A DNA stretch of 64,000 nucleotides from Aulosira sp. ZfuVER01 (GTDB lineage Bacteria > Cyanobacteriota > Cyanobacteriia > Cyanobacteriales > Nostocaceae), in assembly GCA_034530615.2 (NCBI GenBank), contig JAVRCV020000068.1, forward strand, positions 79,393 through 143,392, in the 5' to 3' direction. Both the position numbers and the translations under genes were made by a program. The notes under the pieces were generated by a model. The model did no database searches and was not told where the DNA came from. It worked only from the letters and a program-made list of their open reading frames with translations. Below are positions 10,980-23,339 of the stretch, piece by piece (position 1 is the stretch's first letter; each line of letters begins with the position of its first letter).

Positions 10980-12325
10980 ATATGCATTAGTTCCTCTTGT
11001 ATTTTTCCCAACTTCAAAAAGTGTAATTTTGTTATTTGATCGTTCATATAATCTGAATCAAACTTATCTAATTTACCTTCCTTATCTGTAACGATCAAAA
11101 CTAAAGTATGGATACCCATACTCTTGAGATAATTAACTAATCTTTTCCTATCTTCGTCCCAACAAAGAAATATACATATACAGCCACTCAACAAAGATAG
11201 TTTCTCCAGCACTACTGGAATAATAGAATCAAAAGATTTATCTCGACAGGCAACAACAGATGCGAGAATTTCTAGCATTTTGTCAGTATGGCTCAGTCCT
11301 CTGCCAAAGGTAAAACAATAAGCTTCATTACCAACAAACATCAAATCTAATAATGATTCTTGGGTTTGAACTTCACAAGCTAATGAAGCCGCAATTGATA
11401 TTGCTTCTTCTAAAATTTCGCTATAATTCACGCTTTGAAATGTATCTAAAATCAATGCGTGTCGAACAAAAAACTCATCTTGTTCTTCTTTGACAATTGG
11501 CTTTCCAACTTTTGCCCAGCTTTTCCAGTGAATTTTTCGCAGCGAATCTCCCAGACGATAATCGCGTAAAGACCTAAATTCCTCTGAATCACCTACAGAA
11601 GAGGCTAACGCCACACCACCAGATTGATGTTTCTTGACACCTGGAAGTTGAACTGGTGGCAGTTGATATAACTTAGGTAAAATCAATAAAGATTGGGGTA
11701 AAGAAATACTTTTACACGCTTTAAAAAGTCCAAAAGGATCGGGTCTAGCTACTGTCATACCCGTAATCCGAATAATACCTCTTTGAGTAGGTATGATTTC
11801 ACCAATAACTTCAGTTTTGCTATTTGGTACAAGGGGAGGTAAATCTATTGGTAAAGCGTTACCACATTGTTTGCGAGAAATTAACCACAGCCAACGATTG
11901 TATCCCAAAGAGCGAACAAATGAATTATGCCGAACTTTTCTATTTTCAAATGTTTCTATGAAATCCTTAAAACTTGGGCGAGGGTCAGCAAAATTTTCAA
12001 ATATTTTTAGTCCTTTTTGGATTTTGTCGCTTTTGTTATGAATTACAATTTTGTACTTCAGTTTTACACCCACAGTTGCGAATTGGGGTAGATTGCGATT
12101 AGCACTAAAATGATAGCGAAACAGCAAGCTTGAAACTACAGATATGATGAGAATAGATAGCAGAAAAGTGACTATCTGATAGTTCATGCTTTCATTACTA
12201 GAACCAGTTAAAGCGGCTGCGATCGCTATTACTGAAACAACCACGCCACTAACAGTAACTCGTCTGCTTAGTTTGCGGTGAATACCATAACTGAAATAGA
12301 AAAGACGATAGATAAAAAGTTTCAT
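10976..12325 (-). CDS. DUF58 protein
   Basis: EFRSLRDYRLGDSLRKIHWKSWAK motif; lies between moxR and the transglutaminase gene. Confidence 0.88.
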   Translation of the reverse strand: MKLFIYRLFYFSYGIHRKLSRRVTVSGVVVSVIAIAAALTGSSNESMNYQIVTFLLSILIISVVSSLLFRYHFSANRNLPQFATVGVKLKYKIVIHNKSDKIQKGLKIFENFADPRPSFKDFIETFENRKVRHNSFVRSLGYNRWLWLISRKQCGNALPIDLPPLVPNSKTEVIGEIIPTQRGIIRITGMTVARPDPFGLFKACKSISLPQSLLILPKLYQLPPVQLPGVKKHQSGGVALASSVGDSEEFRSLRDYRLGDSLRKIHWKSWAKVGKPIVKEEQDEFFVRHALILDTFQSVNYSEILEEAISIAASLACEVQTQESLLDLMFVGNEAYCFTFGRGLSHTDKMLEILASVVACRDKSFDSIIPVVLEKLSLLSGCICIFLCWDEDRKRLVNYLKSMGIHTLVLIVTDKEGKLDKFDSDYMNDQITKLHFLKLGKIQEELMHI

Positions 12326-12340
12326 CTTTCACGTTTGCTA

Positions 12341-13303
12341 TCAAACTGGAACAGGAACAGATTTGAGGATATCTTCAACAACACTGGTGGCGGTTCTACC
12401 AGAGAAACGCGCTTGCGGTTCCATAACAAGGCGATGAGCAATTACAGATACCGCAAGTTCTTGGATATGTTCTGGCGTGACAAATTCATAGCCATCAAAC
12501 AAGGCTAATGCTTGAGCAATCTTCATTAAAGCAATAGATGCTCTGGGGCTAGCTCCTAATTGCACGCCTTGGGCAGAACGAGTAGCATTGACAATATCTA
12601 CAAGGTAGGTTTTCAATTCCTGAGAAATACGAATTTGTCTGACCTGCCGTTTTAAAGTAATGATGTCCTGCAAGTCAATGCAAGGTTGAATTATATCAAT
12701 AGGGTGCTGTTGGATTTGGTCTGAAAGCAGGTTAACCTCGTCTTCCGGCGATATGTATCCCAAACTAAACTGAAGTGCAAAGCGATCCATTTGGGCTTCT
12801 GGAAGAGGATAAGTACCACGGGATTCCACTGGGTTCTGAGTGGCGATGACAAAAAACGGGTCTTTTAGTTTTCGCAAATTCCCATCAATGCTGATTTGAA
12901 ACTCTGCCATAGCTTCTAGTAGTGCAGATTGAGTACGCGGTGAAGCCCGGTTAATCTCGTCAGCCAAAACAATATGCGCGAAAATCGGGCCTTCGTGGAA
13001 ATGAAAGGTACGTTCGTTTGGGTCAAGCATCGAAATACCCAAGATATCCGAAGGCAAAAGATCTGGTGTAAATTGAATGCGCTTGAAACTTACATCTACA
13101 GAGTATGCTAGGGCTTTCGCTAAGGTGGTTTTGCCAGTTCCGGGATAATCTTCTAGGAGTACGTGTCCCCCACTAGCAAAGGCTGACAGCAATTTTCTGA
13201 TTGCTGCTGATTGCCCTTTTATAACCTTTTGAATGTTGTTAAAAATTCTTTGATAAATTTCTTTGCTGGGCAAATCATGAGGCTTCGGGTAAGAATTCTC
13301 CAT
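12341..13303 (-). CDS. moxR: MoxR family AAA+ ATPase
   Basis: PGTGKT, RIQFTPDLLPSD, DEINRA, ATQNP, YPLPEAQMDRF. Confidence 0.93.
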   Translation of the reverse strand: MENSYPKPHDLPSKEIYQRIFNNIQKVIKGQSAAIRKLLSAFASGGHVLLEDYPGTGKTTLAKALAYSVDVSFKRIQFTPDLLPSDILGISMLDPNERTFHFHEGPIFAHIVLADEINRASPRTQSALLEAMAEFQISIDGNLRKLKDPFFVIATQNPVESRGTYPLPEAQMDRFALQFSLGYISPEDEVNLLSDQIQQHPIDIIQPCIDLQDIITLKRQVRQIRISQELKTYLVDIVNATRSAQGVQLGASPRASIALMKIAQALALFDGYEFVTPEHIQELAVSVIAHRLVMEPQARFSGRTATSVVEDILKSVPVPV

Positions 13304-13457
13304 TTTCCTTCATCACACAGAATGTCATGAAGTTAATGTACCCATTTGCCCCATATAACTTTGTATTCTTCTCTGCATCATTGCAAAATGCCAGAGTCTG
13401 CGCTGAATTAGGTGAAAAAGAGCGATCGCAACCCACACAGCGATCGCTTCCCGAATA

Positions 13458-14153
13458 TCATTGCCTAGCAAAAGCTAAGTCAGATTCAATGAACTTTGCA
13501 CCTGTTAGGTTAGCCCCAGTTAAATTACAGAAGTGAAACTTTGCTCCTCTTAGATCTGCTAGCGCTAAATTTGCTCCTGTTAAATCTGCATTAGTAAGGT
13601 TAGCCTCACTTAAATTCGCCCTAGTTAGATTCGCCCCCCTCAGATTTGCTTGTTGCAAGTTTGCTTGAGTTAGGTTTACCCTGACTATCTGCGATCCTCT
13701 CAAGTTGGCTTCACTTAAATTTGCTTGGCTGAGGTCTGCTGCTGTTAAATCAGCTTGACTGAGGTCGGCTTGATTTAGTACAGCCCAACTTAACTGTGCA
13801 TGGCTCAAATTAATCTTATTCAGCTTCAATGATGTCAGCACTGCACATCTCAAGTTGGCATTAATAAAATTCCTTTCTCCAATTGCGTAACGTCGCAATA
13901 ATTCATCAGTGGTTAATCTGGCTAAAACAGCTTTTGTAGCGCCTTGATAACACCATGTAGCTTCTGTTAATTTGGCAGCAGTATTAACAGCAACCTCATC
14001 ACATTGGTCTAATATCACTCCATTACAACCATCCCATTGACCATTGAGCATTAGCGCAATTTCATTAGCAGCAACTATTGAATTAAATAGTAAAACAGAT
14101 TGTTTTTTGGAATTTAAGGAGCTAATCAAGCTAATTAATATATTATTTTTCAT
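13458..14153 (-). CDS. Pentapeptide repeat protein
   Basis: A(D/N)Lxx repeats after RRYAIGERNF. Confidence 0.9.
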   Translation of the reverse strand: MKNNILISLISSLNSKKQSVLLFNSIVAANEIALMLNGQWDGCNGVILDQCDEVAVNTAAKLTEATWCYQGATKAVLARLTTDELLRRYAIGERNFINANLRCAVLTSLKLNKINLSHAQLSWAVLNQADLSQADLTAADLSQANLSEANLRGSQIVRVNLTQANLQQANLRGANLTRANLSEANLTNADLTGANLALADLRGAKFHFCNLTGANLTGAKFIESDLAFARQ

Positions 14154-14301
14154 TTAGCTTTGGATACTAATTTGGACAATAAATACTGACACCGACCTGA
14201 TAGACAAATTGGTGCCATAGTACTATTGTATGCATTTAATTATAGAGAATTAAACTGGAGCAAAATTCACTTGTAAATTACCAAATTTTATAAGCGAATC
14301 T

Positions 14302-14691
14302 TCAGTCCAAACTTATTCTCCAGAAACCTTCAAGCGGATTAGACTGTTGCAATTGGCTGCTACTACCAACCCCATCATTGTCATACACCAACCCAACACT
14401 GAAATTTCTATTTATCGGAAATTGTCCTAGTTTACCAAAACCTACAATATTTTTGGAATCAGCGATCGCTTGCTGATTCAACTGTATAGTTGTTTGGTTG
14501 CCATCAGCAAAATAGATTGTTGCTCGTCTGTTGTGAAAGCTTACTTGAACGTTATAGATCCCACCAGTTCCATAATAATAAGCTTTTGCAGGTAGTTTTT
14601 GACCATCAATATTCTGCCCGTTGATCTCAACTGCGATCGCAGGCGTACTCAACAGCAACAAAGTAGGTAGAATTAACTCCAATAGTTTCAT
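14302..14691 (-). CDS. Hypothetical exported protein
   Basis: 129-aa ORF with signal peptide (PAIA cleavage-like site). Confidence 0.65.
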   Translation of the reverse strand: MKLLELILPTLLLLSTPAIAVEINGQNIDGQKLPAKAYYYGTGGIYNVQVSFHNRRATIYFADGNQTTIQLNQQAIADSKNIVGFGKLGQFPINRNFSVGLVYDNDGVGSSSQLQQSNPLEGFWRISLD

Positions 14692-14905
14692 AGGTGTACT
14701 AAAAAGCCCATTTTATCAACCTACTTTTAACTTTAAAACATAAATTTAATCTCTGGGGCTAATAAGCGATCGCCGCCCGAAAAAAAATTCATCATGTTTG
14801 AATGGCAAGCCGCGCTTTGCGATCGCTTATTATACTCATTTAAAAAATGTTTGCGATATATAAATTGTTTTCAAGGAACAATGTTCTCTAGTCATCTAAT
14901 GGGTA

Positions 14906-15997
14906 TTACTGGCATTCTTCTGGTGATGGTGTTTTTGGCAAAGATACAGTGGTGTTTTGTAAATTCTCTCGCAATAGCACTTTCAGTCGTTGATTATCTT
15001 CAGCAGCGATCGTTTCACCGTAGTGATGTTGCTGAAATAATTGGCAATAACGGTTTTGTTTAGCACAAATTAAACAACCGTAGGCATTATTACCATTTGC
15101 ACCGCATAGCCGATGTCCCATCACCGGGCCCAAGGAAATATTTTGCTCACTTGCAACTGTATTCAGGATGGAACGTAGCCGTGCTTCAAACTCCATTGAT
15201 AAAAACAGCTTACTTCCTGGTTTTGTACGATCCCATTGCGGCACAATTAATCCCTGTTTTAACAAACTCTCTTCAATTTCAGCTGACATAACAATGTTAG
15301 AGAGAATTACATGGTGGGTAACATTAGGCAAAAGTTTCCTTGCCAATTGCCACATTAAAGTCTCATCAAACCACTGTTCAACTAGAGGACGAAGATACCA
15401 ACAACAGGGAATGCCAAGGTTGACTAAATCTTGTAGCAGTTGTACTCGTCCCTGAATAGAGGCTTGCTCATATCCTGGTTTTAATGGTGGTAGACTAACA
15501 AAAACTGTGACTCGTAGGGAATTCGGTTGAGCTAAAGTAGCTTTGAGGCGCTCTAGAAATGATTTACCAGGGTGGACTTTGGTTGTAATGTAGACCATAT
15601 TCGCTGCTTGACGGTCAATCAGTGCATTCAAAATTGACAGTACACGTTCTCGATGCGCTGGGATAAAGGGATCGGAGTAGTCGCATAGAGAAATTGGAAA
15701 GCCATTTTGTCCCTCTGGAGTAGCAAAAATGCAGTCTAACAACCGATCGAGCAAGTCAGATGGAGCTAAAGTATTCTCAAAATTTTCTGGATGATGATGC
15801 CAGTCACGGTCTTGATGGCAGACACAATAAGCACATTCAACTGGACAACGGTTCAGGGTATTGGGTAGAAATGGATTCAGACTGAAGTATTTAACTGCAC
15901 GTTCTCGATCGGGAATTCCCAGTACAGGAAAGCCATGTAGCATATACTGACTCCCCTGTAATGAAACTTCAGACAGAGTAGATTGATAATTTGCCAT
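14906..15997 (-). CDS. Radical SAM superfamily protein
   Basis: CPVECAYC (CxxxCxxC) motif; SDPF and ITTK elements; extra C-terminal Cys cluster. Confidence 0.75.
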   Translation of the reverse strand: MANYQSTLSEVSLQGSQYMLHGFPVLGIPDRERAVKYFSLNPFLPNTLNRCPVECAYCVCHQDRDWHHHPENFENTLAPSDLLDRLLDCIFATPEGQNGFPISLCDYSDPFIPAHRERVLSILNALIDRQAANMVYITTKVHPGKSFLERLKATLAQPNSLRVTVFVSLPPLKPGYEQASIQGRVQLLQDLVNLGIPCCWYLRPLVEQWFDETLMWQLARKLLPNVTHHVILSNIVMSAEIEESLLKQGLIVPQWDRTKPGSKLFLSMEFEARLRSILNTVASEQNISLGPVMGHRLCGANGNNAYGCLICAKQNRYCQLFQQHHYGETIAAEDNQRLKVLLRENLQNTTVSLPKTPSPEECQ

Positions 15998-16216
15998 AAC
16001 CCTTTAACCATTAATCCATCTACGAAAAATCGCTTACATTAGGGTGGCTGGTGTAAATCTGGAGTGGCAATGATAGAAATACTTGAAAATCATCATTAAC
16101 TATTGCTTAAGAAATCAAAAATACTGAGGTATTATTGCTTATCCTCCAACGTAAATTCAAGTTCCAGGCTGGTAAAAATACAGCTGCCGAAAATTCAACT
16201 GTCAGGCGATCGCAAC

Positions 16217-16855
16217 TTACAAATATAAGGATTGAACAGCCAGATCCTTTAAGGTAATGGTAAAGTTACGCTGCTCTTGTGTAGCAATGAATGCGATAGT
16301 TGCCTCACACGCCACAGCAACAGTTAACATCACCAAATTTCGCGCTAGAGGATAATCACAGACATCATCATTGACATCAGAAGGAACGCGATAAACATCA
16401 TTCCAAATTACTTCTGCATAATCGGCTGCTAGTCCAACATGAAGGCAGGGAATTTTTGAACGATCGGCATAATCTTTCACTGCTTGACGTGACAAGCTGT
16501 TGTCAAAAACATCAATAATTAACTGGCTATCTTGAAGTAGTTGATCTGCATTTGCTGATGTCAACTCCTTTGTTTTGGCATCAACTTTAGTACCAATTGC
16601 TCGGTATAAATTATTTGCTAGGATTTTCGCCTTAATTGCTCCAACATCGGAACGGTAGTAAGGCTGGGTAGAAAGGTTACGTTCCTCAATGCGATCGCGA
16701 TCGATTACCGTAAGTTTATCAAAACCAGACCGAGCCAAGTTTTCTGCAATGTTAGCTCCTAACGCTCCAGCCCCACAAATGGTTATAGGATAATTCTTGA
16801 GCTTTGCCATCACAGCATTGCTGCGGTAAAGCTGTTCGTGAAAAAAAATACTCAT
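16217..16855 (-). CDS. ThiF/E1-like adenylyltransferase
   Basis: GAGALG, DRDRIEERNLSTQ, KAK, DVFDN motifs. Start placed at MSIFF, 5 nt after the upstream stop. Confidence 0.9.
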   Translation of the reverse strand: MSIFFHEQLYRSNAVMAKLKNYPITICGAGALGANIAENLARSGFDKLTVIDRDRIEERNLSTQPYYRSDVGAIKAKILANNLYRAIGTKVDAKTKELTSANADQLLQDSQLIIDVFDNSLSRQAVKDYADRSKIPCLHVGLAADYAEVIWNDVYRVPSDVNDDVCDYPLARNLVMLTVAVACEATIAFIATQEQRNFTITLKDLAVQSLYL

Positions 16856-16860
16856 TGTCC

Positions 16861-17694
16861 TTACCACTCTTGTTGTTCCATCACAGCCACTAAAGATTGC
16901 AAATCAAAATCGCGATCGCGTCCACTCAAGCAAATCCCAGAACTAATTACAGTCAAATCAGATTTAGCGATCGCACTAGTGTGGCGAACACCATCAGCCG
17001 TTCTCCAATCCACTGTCCAGTAATCACCGCGATCGTGAAATTGGCGTAATTCACCGCCACCCATTCGCAATGCTTTTCTTAGCCGTTTTTCATCCTGTTG
17101 CGGTTGTGCAAATCCCTCAATCCGCTGAGTTGCTAATTCATACAATGTCCGGATTTCTGGAGTAATCCCTTTGAACTGTAATTCCTCAGCAGGAGTCAGT
17201 TGCTTAACAGCAGATTGCAGAGTTTCCACAATTGCTGGATCGGTACGGCGATCGATTTCCTCAAACCAGCAGGATTGTCCATTCCAACGAGCGATAACTT
17301 GCTCAAAAACAACACCCTCAGTTACTAGATGTACTGCGATCGGTTTGACTACCTTCAACCGTTGACGCATATCTACTTCATTCACAGGATATGCTAACCA
17401 AGTTTGTCCTCGCAGTTGGTGTGCTAATCTCAGCCGTATTTGGGGAAAGTGTTGCAAGTATTCTGCAATTTGGGGTAAGTCTGCTTCTTCCACAACTGTT
17501 GCTGTCTTCGTATCGACTGGCTGAAAGATACCCCAACCTTCAAATTGATTATGCTTTGGCGTAAAGGTGTAAACCATCCCAGCTACTCGTGTGCGAACTC
17601 GTCCACCTTTGACACAAGGGGCGATAAATTGAGTTGCACACAACTGTGCTTCTGCACTAGCAATTTGGTTGATTAGCTTACGGATGTCAGTCAT
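16861..17694 (-). CDS. Hypothetical protein, C-terminal SGICLSG (possible E2-like Cys)
   Basis: 277-aa ORF tightly coupled to the ThiF gene; family not recognised. Confidence 0.75.
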   Translation of the reverse strand: MTDIRKLINQIASAEAQLCATQFIAPCVKGGRVRTRVAGMVYTFTPKHNQFEGWGIFQPVDTKTATVVEEADLPQIAEYLQHFPQIRLRLAHQLRGQTWLAYPVNEVDMRQRLKVVKPIAVHLVTEGVVFEQVIARWNGQSCWFEEIDRRTDPAIVETLQSAVKQLTPAEELQFKGITPEIRTLYELATQRIEGFAQPQQDEKRLRKALRMGGGELRQFHDRGDYWTVDWRTADGVRHTSAIAKSDLTVISSGICLSGRDRDFDLQSLVAVMEQQEW

Positions 17695-17765
17695 AGCTCA
17701 CGCATAGACGCAAAGAGGATGTTTATACGTCAATTCAGCAAAGTTAGAGAATTTATATAATTATT

Positions 17766-17975
17766 TCCCGCGTGCAAGTTGGTGGAGCATTGCGTGTTCT
17801 CAGTTACTAGGGGGACTCCGCTGGTGAGTTGTTACACACTCTTTCAAAGATGGCTACTTTTAAGCCCATTTTCCAGGTTCTTCGCACTCCCCGTTCACAC
17901 ACGCCCACTGTATTTGACAGTGTTACTTTTCCTCTCGTACTAGTATGTAGGCTCCAAGAGTTAGGGCACGCAGGA
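17766..17975 (-). ncRNA. Scaffold RNA A: carries sarcin-ricin-loop mimic and 23S H42-44 mimic
   Basis: Terminal stem UCCUGCGUGC/GCACGCGGGA; CCUAAC/AACUU loop; CUAGUACGAGAGGA at 17943-17930; 56-nt GTPase-centre-like segment at 17876-17821. Confidence 0.85.
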
Positions 17976-17979
17976 TATT

Positions 17980-18006
17980 TATATAATACAACATACTACA
18001 AAAAAT
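17980..18006 (-). promoter_or_regulatory. Candidate promoter/operator (TGTAGTAT + TGTATTAT) for RNA A
   Basis: Minus strand reads TTTTGTAGTATGTTGTATTATATAAAT just before RNA A; the same motif occurs at 23809-23857. Confidence 0.45.
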
Positions 18007-18178
18007 AAATACCAGAGATTAAAAGAGATATGTTGCAGTAGTGCGATCACTGCCGCTTCATATACCTACTTCATTTCGCTCATCAATATCAACTCCTTAA
18101 GTTGAGCGATCATCCGAATTAGAAAACATAACTTTATTTATGCTACAACAAGTTACATATGTATTAATGAATTAGGTT

Positions 18179-19546
18179 TTGATGATGTCTGAAAATATAT
18201 ATTTCACAAAAAAAGGTAAATTTAGCCATGAGCTAGCATTGAACGATCTCAAAGAAATCCAAACTTCAGTCCGCTCAATCGCTAGTGAAAAACCTTTGAC
18301 GATGAGTCATACAAATTCAGATGGTGTATCAGAGGTTATTGAATTGACTGAATTGCCTTTAGATATTCTTCTTAACCAGAAGCAAAAACAGGTGGTATCT
18401 AACATAGCTAAGAGTTTTGCAAAAGGGAATAGCTTTGAAGAAAATGTTTCTAGTAATTTTATTTATGAAAAGTTTCTGAAATTACTAGCAAAAGAAAATT
18501 TTTATTTAGCTGATACATTTACTGTTTCTGATTCATTATCTCTTTTTGAAAATTTGAGGGTGATAATTGAGCAAGAAATTTCAACTGTAAAGCTGAATAT
18601 TATTACTGTAATTGGGGCATCTCTTAAGAAAGGCAATATCTGTGAAATTGGCTCAATTAAGTTTATGAATCCGTCGGACTTTATTGACAAGCATAAACTT
18701 TTGTTTGAGAGTCTTGTTAATTATAATGAAGGATTGCAAACTTATCTAGAAGTTTTTCATAAATCTGACTTAGTAGCACAGGTGAGCATTAAAAATAGGG
18801 ATACTGCTACATCTAAAATGGTAACAAATGAAATAATGAAAAGAATCTACACCCTTATTAGATTAACTATCCCAAGTAGTGGGGGACGATATAACTTTTT
18901 TGGGACTCTTGGTGAAGAATATTTAGAATCTAGATTTTCTTTCTTATTTCATACTGATTCAAGCAACGAAGAAATAGTAAAATCTATATCAGTTGAACGC
19001 ACAAGTAATCGGTTTTCAGATAGTAATATAGATTTAATAGAAACTATACTTCCTCATAAACAAGTAAATCAATGGTTTACTCGTATTGAGCTAATCATTA
19101 GTAAATTTGTTAATGATAAAAAATTAACTGATTTTGAAAAAAGGATATGGACAGCCCTTTATTGGTATGGAGAATCTATGTCAGAAAGAGAATTAAATCC
19201 TTTGATAATTAAATATGCTACTTGTCTTGAAGCATTATTTAATAGTCGTGAAGGTGGAATAAGTGAACAAATTTCTGAGTTTACTGCTTATGTGGTTGGT
19301 AAAAACAAAGATGAAAGGATGAAAGTCTACAGTAATATTAAGAAACTATACAGCTTAAGATCTACTGCTGTACACGGAGGCTCTGTTGTAGGACATGTGG
19401 ATAGTAATTTTCTATCTCAGATTATGTTAATATGCGAATCTGCATTGCTTCAAATGGCATATTATTCTCAAGAGGATTACTATCAAAATTCAAAAGGATA
19501 CGAAAAATTTGTGCAATACATTCTTAGAGAATATAGGTTTATTTGA
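18179..19546 (+). CDS. HEPN-domain (ApeA-like) ribonuclease
   Basis: C-terminal CLEALF ... LYSLRSTAVHGG (RxxxxH) motif; AT-rich; antisense to its neighbours. Confidence 0.8.
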   Translation: MMMSENIYFTKKGKFSHELALNDLKEIQTSVRSIASEKPLTMSHTNSDGVSEVIELTELPLDILLNQKQKQVVSNIAKSFAKGNSFEENVSSNFIYEKFLKLLAKENFYLADTFTVSDSLSLFENLRVIIEQEISTVKLNIITVIGASLKKGNICEIGSIKFMNPSDFIDKHKLLFESLVNYNEGLQTYLEVFHKSDLVAQVSIKNRDTATSKMVTNEIMKRIYTLIRLTIPSSGGRYNFFGTLGEEYLESRFSFLFHTDSSNEEIVKSISVERTSNRFSDSNIDLIETILPHKQVNQWFTRIELIISKFVNDKKLTDFEKRIWTALYWYGESMSERELNPLIIKYATCLEALFNSREGGISEQISEFTAYVVGKNKDERMKVYSNIKKLYSLRSTAVHGGSVVGHVDSNFLSQIMLICESALLQMAYYSQEDYYQNSKGYEKFVQYILREYRFI

Positions 19547-19579
19547 ATTTAATTAATCTGATTTAAAGGTATTAGTAAA

Positions 19580-19603
19580 CAGGGATGAGATTTACTCATC
19601 CCT
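19580..19603. terminator. Hairpin between convergent HEPN and TROVE-like genes
   Basis: agggatgag-attta-ctcatccct inverted repeat. Confidence 0.6.
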
Positions 19604-19610
19604 ACTAAAT

Positions 19611-21185
<1,575 letters not shown>

Positions 21186-21301
21186 TTAATAAAGGTGTAT
21201 GTGTCTAATTCATCTTCCTTATCTTTCCTTTGCGCTCTTTGCGTCCTTTGCGGTTCGTTTAAAAAGAATCTCACGCAAAGATGGAGAGAGAAAAGATAAG
21301 A

Positions 21302-21702
<401 letters not shown>

Positions 21703-21731
21703 AGTTTACTCATAATTGATAAAGAATAAAA

Positions 21732-21861
<130 letters not shown>

Positions 21862-21866
21862 AAACT

Positions 21867-22653
<787 letters not shown>

Positions 22654-22716
22654 TGAATTCACCTCCATATATGCGATTGAGTTAAGGTATAGGATAAATA
22701 CAATTTAAATAATTGG

Positions 22717-22860
22717 AATTCCGCACAAGTTAGCAAAGCAGTTTTCACAATTGCCTTTACCATTTTGGCTACGCTCCCATATAAGGGAGCGACAGGAATC
22801 GAACCTGCATATCCTTTCACAGATAGTGTGTGTATGCTTCACAAGTTAGGGCGCGGAATT
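22717..22860 (-). ncRNA. Scaffold RNA D: circularly permuted tRNA cargo (YrlA-like topology)
   Basis: Order is T arm GCAGG-UUCGAUU-CCUGU, loop-closed acceptor CGCUCCC-UUAUAU-GGGAGCG, UA, D arm GCCAAAAUGGUAAAGGC. Confidence 0.85.
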
Positions 22861-22876
22861 AAATCTTAAATGTTTA

Positions 22877-23055
22877 CCATGCAAGTTCAAGAAGCTTTTT
22901 ACAACTACGGTCGCTCTTACCAAATATTGGCAGTGGGCACGCACGCTAAATCTGCAAGAGACTTAGAAATCATGCTTCGCTGGTTCGATCGCTCGAATTT
23001 TACTACCTTAGGGCCGTTATCAATGTGTATGTATGCTTCTTGTGTTAGGGCACGG
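22877..23055 (-). ncRNA. Scaffold RNA E: permuted 23S rRNA H67-H71 (H69) mimic cargo
   Basis: AUAACGGCCCUAAGGUAGUAAAAUUC at 23020-22995 and GGUAAGAGCGACCGUAGUUGUAA near the 3' side, inside the scaffold arms. Confidence 0.8.
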
Positions 23056-23068
23056 ATGATTAGGCGTA

Positions 23069-23284
<216 letters not shown>

Positions 23285-23339
23285 TTAAATTACGAATGGC
23301 TTTCTTAATTTTGAATTTTGAATTTTGAATTGGGATTAG

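Noticed and set aside
17810..17943. rRNA operon or decayed 23S pseudogene
   Set aside because: Only short functional-site segments, out of 23S order, with compensatory changes and enclosed by scaffold arms.
21205..21300. CTTTGCG-rich palindrome between rplL and RNA B as another scaffold unit
   Set aside because: Lacks the CCUAAC/AACUU arms; resembles common Nostoc dispersed repeats.
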